Source of the DNA: Escherichia phage AV115 | Reading direction: 5' to 3' (one strand) | Sequence record: OR352945.1 | Length of the DNA stretch: 64,000 bases | Part shown: positions 59,694 to 64,000 of the stretch, in pieces | Position numbering within the stretch: the first letter of the stretch is position 1 | How the letters are laid out: each line of letters starts with the position of its first letter | Notes under the pieces: model-generated | The model's input: the letters and a program-made list of their open reading frames with translations, nothing else | Database searches by the model: none | What the model was told of the DNA's origin: nothing | Made by a program: the position numbers and the translations under genes

Positions 59694-60353
59694 TTAACCT
59701 CGATTCATAAATGCATTAAATATTTGGTCATCAACAGAAATTTCTAATTCGACTTCAATTGTTTCAGCCTTTTCTTCAGGTGGTAATTCGTATCCACACA
59801 CTACAATTTTTTCATCGATATCAAAATATACAGAAGCAATACGATTAATGTTATTTTCAGTTAAGTCTAAATCAACATCAACATCTTTTTGACCTACACT
59901 TAAAGGATAACTAATGCGGGTTATTTTATTATCTTTAACAAAGAGTCCGCCAACGTACTCTGTACTACGTTTGAAGTTTACACGTTTCCGAATTGAAAGA
60001 TATGATACATCTTTACCGTGAGCTCGGCTCATAGGACATAATGAATAGCTAGAATAAGAGATGTCAAATCCTACACCTTCAATATGAGCCAACGTGTCAT
60101 GATTAAACCAATTATAATCATATGCCAAATCCATTATATTGTAATATGTGAAAGGCACAGGATTAACATCATATGTTGTACCTTTAAAATCTGCCCAGGC
60201 AACGATTTCGTTATCTTTAACAATTACAAAAATTACACCAATATGGTATCCGTTATTATTTTCATTCGGCGTTATATTATAACATTGTGCATTAGGAAAT
60301 TTACCATATTTAAATGGCGCATTTTTGTGCATATAATAAATCATATTATTCAC
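59694..60353 (-). CDS. hypothetical protein (219 aa)
   Basis: ORF only. Confidence 0.45.
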   Translation of the reverse strand: MNNMIYYMHKNAPFKYGKFPNAQCYNITPNENNNGYHIGVIFVIVKDNEIVAWADFKGTTYDVNPVPFTYYNIMDLAYDYNWFNHDTLAHIEGVGFDISYSSYSLCPMSRAHGKDVSYLSIRKRVNFKRSTEYVGGLFVKDNKITRISYPLSVGQKDVDVDLDLTENNINRIASVYFDIDEKIVVCGYELPPEEKAETIEVELEISVDDQIFNAFMNRG

Positions 60354-60639
60354 CTGTGATTTCGGTTACGATATCTTTGTTATCGAAATTAGGGTCACAA
60401 TACAAAACATAGTTGTACTGCATGATACCGCCAGACTTAAGTTGTTCAACAACTTTATTAACCATATTAGGACGGTCTCGTTTAGTGATGTTCATGATAT
60501 CAGAGAAGATTTGTTGTTCAACATCTTCTTGATTTGCAGTCATTGACCACTCACAGAGGTCTTTATCATAACCTGCCGTAACTGGAGCCGGTGCACATGA
60601 TACTGCAAGTAAGATTGCTGCCAATGATAACTTTTTCAT
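60346..60639 (-). CDS. sp: periplasmic spackle protein Sp (superinfection exclusion, lysozyme inhibitor)
   Basis: 97 aa with signal peptide; AGYDKDLCEWSMTA...GGIMQYNYVLYCD matches recalled T4 Sp. Confidence 0.8.
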   Translation of the reverse strand: MKKLSLAAILLAVSCAPAPVTAGYDKDLCEWSMTANQEDVEQQIFSDIMNITKRDRPNMVNKVVEQLKSGGIMQYNYVLYCDPNFDNKDIVTEITGE

Positions 60640-60664
60640 TTTAACTCCTTAGTTGATTTGATAG

Positions 60665-60699
60665 GACTACTATACTATAGTCCATCTATAATGTAAACA
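60665..60699 (-). promoter_or_regulatory. T4-type early promoter upstream of sp
   Basis: Minus strand GTTTAC, 15-18 nt, TAGTAT or TATAGT. Confidence 0.45.
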
Positions 60700-60702
60700 A
60701 GT

Positions 60703-60951
60703 TTATTCTTTTTCGCGAATAATAATTACTTGTTGAGGCTGCTGAGCAGATTTCTTTTCGGCAACGATAGACCAAATTAAAGTTCCAATCCAACCAATCA
60801 TCGTCCAGTTAAAGAGTAAAGATACAAAGAAGATTGCTGTTGTGCTTTTTGTGCCACGAATAAGTGCTATTACCCAAGGCAACATGTAAATGATGATTGA
60901 ACCAATACCTGCGATTAAAACTGCTACTGAACTAGCTACGAATAATTCCAT
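60703..60951 (-). CDS. small inner-membrane protein (82 aa, two TM helices)
   Basis: Hydrophobic segments; early promoter at 60975-61010. Confidence 0.45.
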   Translation of the reverse strand: MELFVASSVAVLIAGIGSIIIYMLPWVIALIRGTKSTTAIFFVSLLFNWTMIGWIGTLIWSIVAEKKSAQQPQQVIIIREKE

Positions 60952-60974
60952 GTTAATTTCCTCTTGATTTGTTA

Positions 60975-61010
60975 TGTTTATAGTATCTTGTTTTAACTTT
61001 GGTGTAAACC
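60975..61010 (-). promoter_or_regulatory. T4-type early promoter
   Basis: Minus strand GTTTAC, 18 nt, TACTAT. Confidence 0.5.
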
Positions 61011-61012
61011 AA

Positions 61013-61381
61013 TTAATTAAATTTGTTTAAACGTTCAATACACTGGACGTAGTTATTCGCGATTTGTTTCTGGGTAGGCTCTTTACCAGTTGTTTCAACA
61101 TAGCGAATGAATGCGATTTCAGTAGCCTGTAAGCAATGTTCTTTAACGCGCTGTTCTTTTGACATAGCTACAGTATCAGAATCACGATAACGTTGAGCAT
61201 GGGCATCAGCTTGAATCATTCGATTACCTACAGTAACCGGGTCTTCCACTTCAACTTTAGGTTGGTCGTACTGTTTAACATTCGGATTGTAAATCAATTG
61301 GCCGACGTTATTAGGGATAAAGCCATGGGCACCACATCCGGTTAATCCAAATACCATTGCTAAAGCGATTAATTTTTTCAT
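61013..61381 (-). CDS. putative lipoprotein (122 aa)
   Basis: Signal peptide with LTGC lipobox (MKKLIALAMVFGLTGCGAHG). Confidence 0.45.
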   Translation of the reverse strand: MKKLIALAMVFGLTGCGAHGFIPNNVGQLIYNPNVKQYDQPKVEVEDPVTVGNRMIQADAHAQRYRDSDTVAMSKEQRVKEHCLQATEIAFIRYVETTGKEPTQKQIANNYVQCIERLNKFN

Positions 61382-61404
61382 TTCAATTTCCTCTGTAGTT
61401 GATA

Positions 61405-61440
61405 GAAAGATAGTAACACAGTATGTGGTGCTTGTAAACA
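61405..61440 (-). promoter_or_regulatory. T4-type early promoter
   Basis: Minus strand GTTTAC, 18 nt, TACTAT. Confidence 0.5.
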
Positions 61441-61452
61441 GTTATTTTAAAA

Positions 61453-61641
61453 TTATCGAAAATCTGCTTCGAAAACTTTCTCGTCATTAACAAATGCTTT
61501 AACTAATGCTTTGTTCACTTCAGCAAGTTGTACCGTAACCCACTCGATTTCTTCGCGATCACCTGATAACATGATATCTTTAGTGAACATCTCACCGCTT
61601 TTAAACCAACCGATAAAAGTAACTTTAGTTAATTTGCTCAT
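61453..61641 (-). CDS. dmd: Dmd antitoxin (discriminator of mRNA degradation)
   Basis: 62 aa from ATG 61639-61641 (GAGGAAAT RBS); VTFIGWFKSGEMFTK...AEVNKALVKAF matches recalled T4 Dmd. Confidence 0.8.
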   Translation of the reverse strand: MSKLTKVTFIGWFKSGEMFTKDIMLSGDREEIEWVTVQLAEVNKALVKAFVNDEKVFEADFR

Positions 61642-61955
61642 ATTTCCTCGCAAAATGCCCATTCAGCGTGATAAACTGTAGCGCCTTTAGTATCATTCAT
61701 TTGAACTACATCTACCGGAGAAATTACTCGATAGAGACGTGGTTCACCTCCATAAGAGCGTGCTGCTCGTCCTGCATAAATCTTTGCTAAACCGATATCT
61801 TCAGTAAAGAATACACGATCCAAGTTTTTCTTACGTCCAGTTTCAGACAGAACTCCTGTTTCTTCAGGAGGACAAAGCATGTTTTCGATGTTAGCTGAAC
61901 TACTTGAACCGTGATAAAAAATCTTAAATTCTGCTTTACAATCGATGGTTTTCAT
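61638..61955 (-). CDS. hypothetical protein (105 aa)
   Basis: Stop overlaps dmd start; early promoter at 61978-62011. Confidence 0.4.
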   Translation of the reverse strand: MKTIDCKAEFKIFYHGSSSSANIENMLCPPEETGVLSETGRKKNLDRVFFTEDIGLAKIYAGRAARSYGGEPRLYRVISPVDVVQMNDTKGATVYHAEWAFCEEI

Positions 61956-61977
61956 TTTGTTCTCCAGTAGTTGATAG

Positions 61978-62011
61978 GTCTATAATAACACAACTACTGG
62001 AGAAGTAAACT
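61978..62011 (-). promoter_or_regulatory. T4-type early promoter
   Basis: Minus strand GTTTAC, 17 nt, TATTAT. Confidence 0.5.
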
Positions 62012-62385
62012 TAAAAACGTAATTTAGATATATCTGCGTTGATTTCGTTTTGGTTTGCGTCGTATGCAATTAAACGAACCGCTTTAGATGGGTCATTCAA
62101 TGCATAGAAATGATGGAACATTGCTCGAACGATATCACCATTTACGAGTTCTACCTGGATAGGAGAACCTTTTTCGAGTTGGAAATGTTCATAAGCTTTG
62201 ATGGTTCGTAGATAATCAAGTTTTTGATTTCCGGCTCCAACTATTTGTACGATACGTTTGCCCATGTTTTCCATACGAGATACAATAGTTTTAGGAGCAA
62301 GAATAACGTAGGTTGCCAGCGGAGAAACTACTTCAACAGTTGTGTTTTCGGTGATTGCAGTAAAAATTGCTTGAGACATATTCAT
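62011..62385 (-). CDS. hypothetical protein (124 aa)
   Basis: ORF downstream of early promoter at 62410-62445. Confidence 0.45.
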   Translation of the reverse strand: MNMSQAIFTAITENTTVEVVSPLATYVILAPKTIVSRMENMGKRIVQIVGAGNQKLDYLRTIKAYEHFQLEKGSPIQVELVNGDIVRAMFHHFYALNDPSKAVRLIAYDANQNEINADISKLRF

Positions 62386-62409
62386 AATGTTTTCCTCTTG
62401 GTTGGTGTA

Positions 62410-62445
62410 AGTACATCATATCATGCCTAGAGGAAGATGTAAACC
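62410..62445 (-). promoter_or_regulatory. T4-type early promoter
   Basis: Minus strand GTTTAC, 18 nt, TATGAT. Confidence 0.5.
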
Positions 62446-62450
62446 CCGAA

Positions 62451-62468
62451 AGGAGACCGAAGTCTCCT
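62451..62468. terminator. palindromic hairpin after gene 41 (A/T tracts on both sides)
   Basis: AGGAGAC-CGAA-GTCTCCT flanked by AAA and TTTTT. Confidence 0.45.
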
Positions 62469-62473
62469 TTTTA

Positions 62474-63916
62474 TTAAAATTTTAACTCGTTGGCTAAGCT
62501 ATCTAGGTCAGCACGTGTTGCTTTGGCTTTACCTACGCGTTCCGTACGATTCACCTCTGCCTGACGCATCTGAGCACCTGCGTTTTCATTTACTGTGTTA
62601 GGTGTGTTCATGCCTTCTTGCTCAATCTCAACCCATTTCTGATTGCCTTTACGTACACCCATCAGGAATTTATTCCACTTATTCTTATCACCATATCGTG
62701 ATTTGATTTGTTTGATAAGTTGTTGTTCAGCTTGTGCAAGTTCTTCGGTTTCAATTACGGCCAACATGAAATCTGCCGTTGCTGGTAAACCTGCTGATTC
62801 TGCAATATCACTCATGTTCATGTCTGAAGCATCCCATGCTGCACGTCCTACTTGAGCTGCAGTCCATAGAACTGTTTCAGATTCTACTGCTAATGCACGA
62901 AGTTCTTCTGCGATAGCTTTAACTAATGTGTAGCTATTTTCAGTGTAAACTCTGATACGACAAGACCCACAAATACCTAAGTAATCAACCATGATTACAG
63001 ATGGCACAAAGTTCTTCTTGAGTTTCAATTCATTAAGCAATGCACGGAATGTATTAGCATTAGCTCCGCCAGTAGGATACTGTTTAACTACTAAACGTCC
63101 TAATGTGGATTTTGAACGCCATTTTTCCATCTTGGCTTTATATTCAGCATAAGATACGTTACCATCATCAATATCATCGAGCGATACGTCAAGCATGTTT
63201 GCATCTATACGCTTAGCACAAACTTCTTCAGCCATTTCCATAGAAATATAAAGAACATTATGACCTGTTTGAAGATAATCTGCAGCAAGTGAACAAAGGC
63301 CTAAAGATTTACCAACGTTAACACCGGCCATTAAAACATTCAGTGTACCGGTTTCAGCACCACCTTTAGTGATTTTATTCAAAATGTTTAATTTGAACGG
63401 GACCTTACGTGCTTTGTTCAGATAAGAAAGCCAGCGTGCTTCATAGTCTTCCATCCAGTCATGTCCAACATAACTATCGAACGAAATTGAAAGTGCTTGA
63501 CGCATAATATCAGGAATAGCTCCTACGTCAGGCATTTTCTTGTTACGTTGTTCTGGAGGTAGTTCAGCATTAGACTGAATCTCAATGATTTTGGATGTAG
63601 CATTATACATCGCTTTTTGCTGGACATATTTCTCAGTTTCTTTAACCAACCATTCATGGTCTTCAGGAGTATCAGCCAATTTTTCAATTAGGTCCGAAGT
63701 TCCTTTATATTCGGCTTCAGTTAAAGAACTGTTATCTAAAGCCACCTTTAATGCATTGATAGATGGCATTGCATTATATTCGTTAACGTGGCTCTTTATA
63801 ATTTTAAAGACATTTTTTGCCGGTCCACGCTCAAAATACTCAGAATCCATATAAGGCCAGACCTTAGAAAAATAAGCCTGGTCATATACTAGATGAGACA
63901 AAATAATTTCTACCAC
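62474..63916 (-). CDS. 41: replicative DNA helicase gp41 (DnaB-like)
   Basis: 480 aa; GTG start with AAGGAG RBS; Walker A GVNVGKS; near-identical to recalled T4 gp41. Confidence 0.95.
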   Translation of the reverse strand: MVEIILSHLVYDQAYFSKVWPYMDSEYFERGPAKNVFKIIKSHVNEYNAMPSINALKVALDNSSLTEAEYKGTSDLIEKLADTPEDHEWLVKETEKYVQQKAMYNATSKIIEIQSNAELPPEQRNKKMPDVGAIPDIMRQALSISFDSYVGHDWMEDYEARWLSYLNKARKVPFKLNILNKITKGGAETGTLNVLMAGVNVGKSLGLCSLAADYLQTGHNVLYISMEMAEEVCAKRIDANMLDVSLDDIDDGNVSYAEYKAKMEKWRSKSTLGRLVVKQYPTGGANANTFRALLNELKLKKNFVPSVIMVDYLGICGSCRIRVYTENSYTLVKAIAEELRALAVESETVLWTAAQVGRAAWDASDMNMSDIAESAGLPATADFMLAVIETEELAQAEQQLIKQIKSRYGDKNKWNKFLMGVRKGNQKWVEIEQEGMNTPNTVNENAGAQMRQAEVNRTERVGKAKATRADLDSLANELKF

Positions 63917-63925
63917 GATAACTCC

Positions 63926-64000
63926 TTAAAAGAATTTAAATTTTTTCTTGGTTCGTTCATTAAAAGCTTGTTGTACTTGCATTGTAACACATTTTTCAAC
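63926..64000 (-). CDS. 3-prime end of upstream gene (partial, runs off window); possibly gene 40
   Basis: Open frame ending ...NERTKKKFKFF stop, just before gene 41 RBS. Confidence 0.3.
   Translation of the reverse strand, partial: VEKCVTMQVQQAFNERTKKKFKFF

Overview
This window reads as a T-even (T2/T4-like, Tequatrovirus-type) myovirus genome segment, called from gene order and from protein sequences I recognise; no database search was run. Most genes are early or middle genes on the minus strand: rIII, gene 31, cd, pseT, gene 63, denA, nrdB, nrdA, td, frd, genes 32, 59, 33, dsbA, rnh, then asiA, motA, gene 52, ndd, rIIB, rIIA, gene 39, dexA, dda, modA/modB-like, soc, genes 56 and 61, sp, dmd, gene 41. 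A plus-strand late block (22.1-33.3 kb) carries long-tail-fibre genes 34-38 and holin t; the distal fibre is T2-type (gp37 with a C-terminal chaperone-like module plus a glycine-rich gp38 adhesin). Both td and nrdB are split by group I introns, and six homing-endonuclease-type ORFs are present. Gene 39 is intact, without the T4-style gene 60 split. The two features that stand out as non-core are a host-like class I DAHP synthase between cd and pseT, and a GT-B-like glycosyltransferase between rIIA.1 and gene 39. T4-type early promoters (GTTTAC, about 17-18 nt, TAnnAT) and palindromic UUCG/CGAA hairpins punctuate the minus-strand regions; TATAAATA late promoters precede genes 34, 36, 32 and soc. 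The supplied ORF track uses non-ATG starts in places, so several starts were moved to an ATG with a Shine-Dalgarno sequence; unchecked starts remain approximate.
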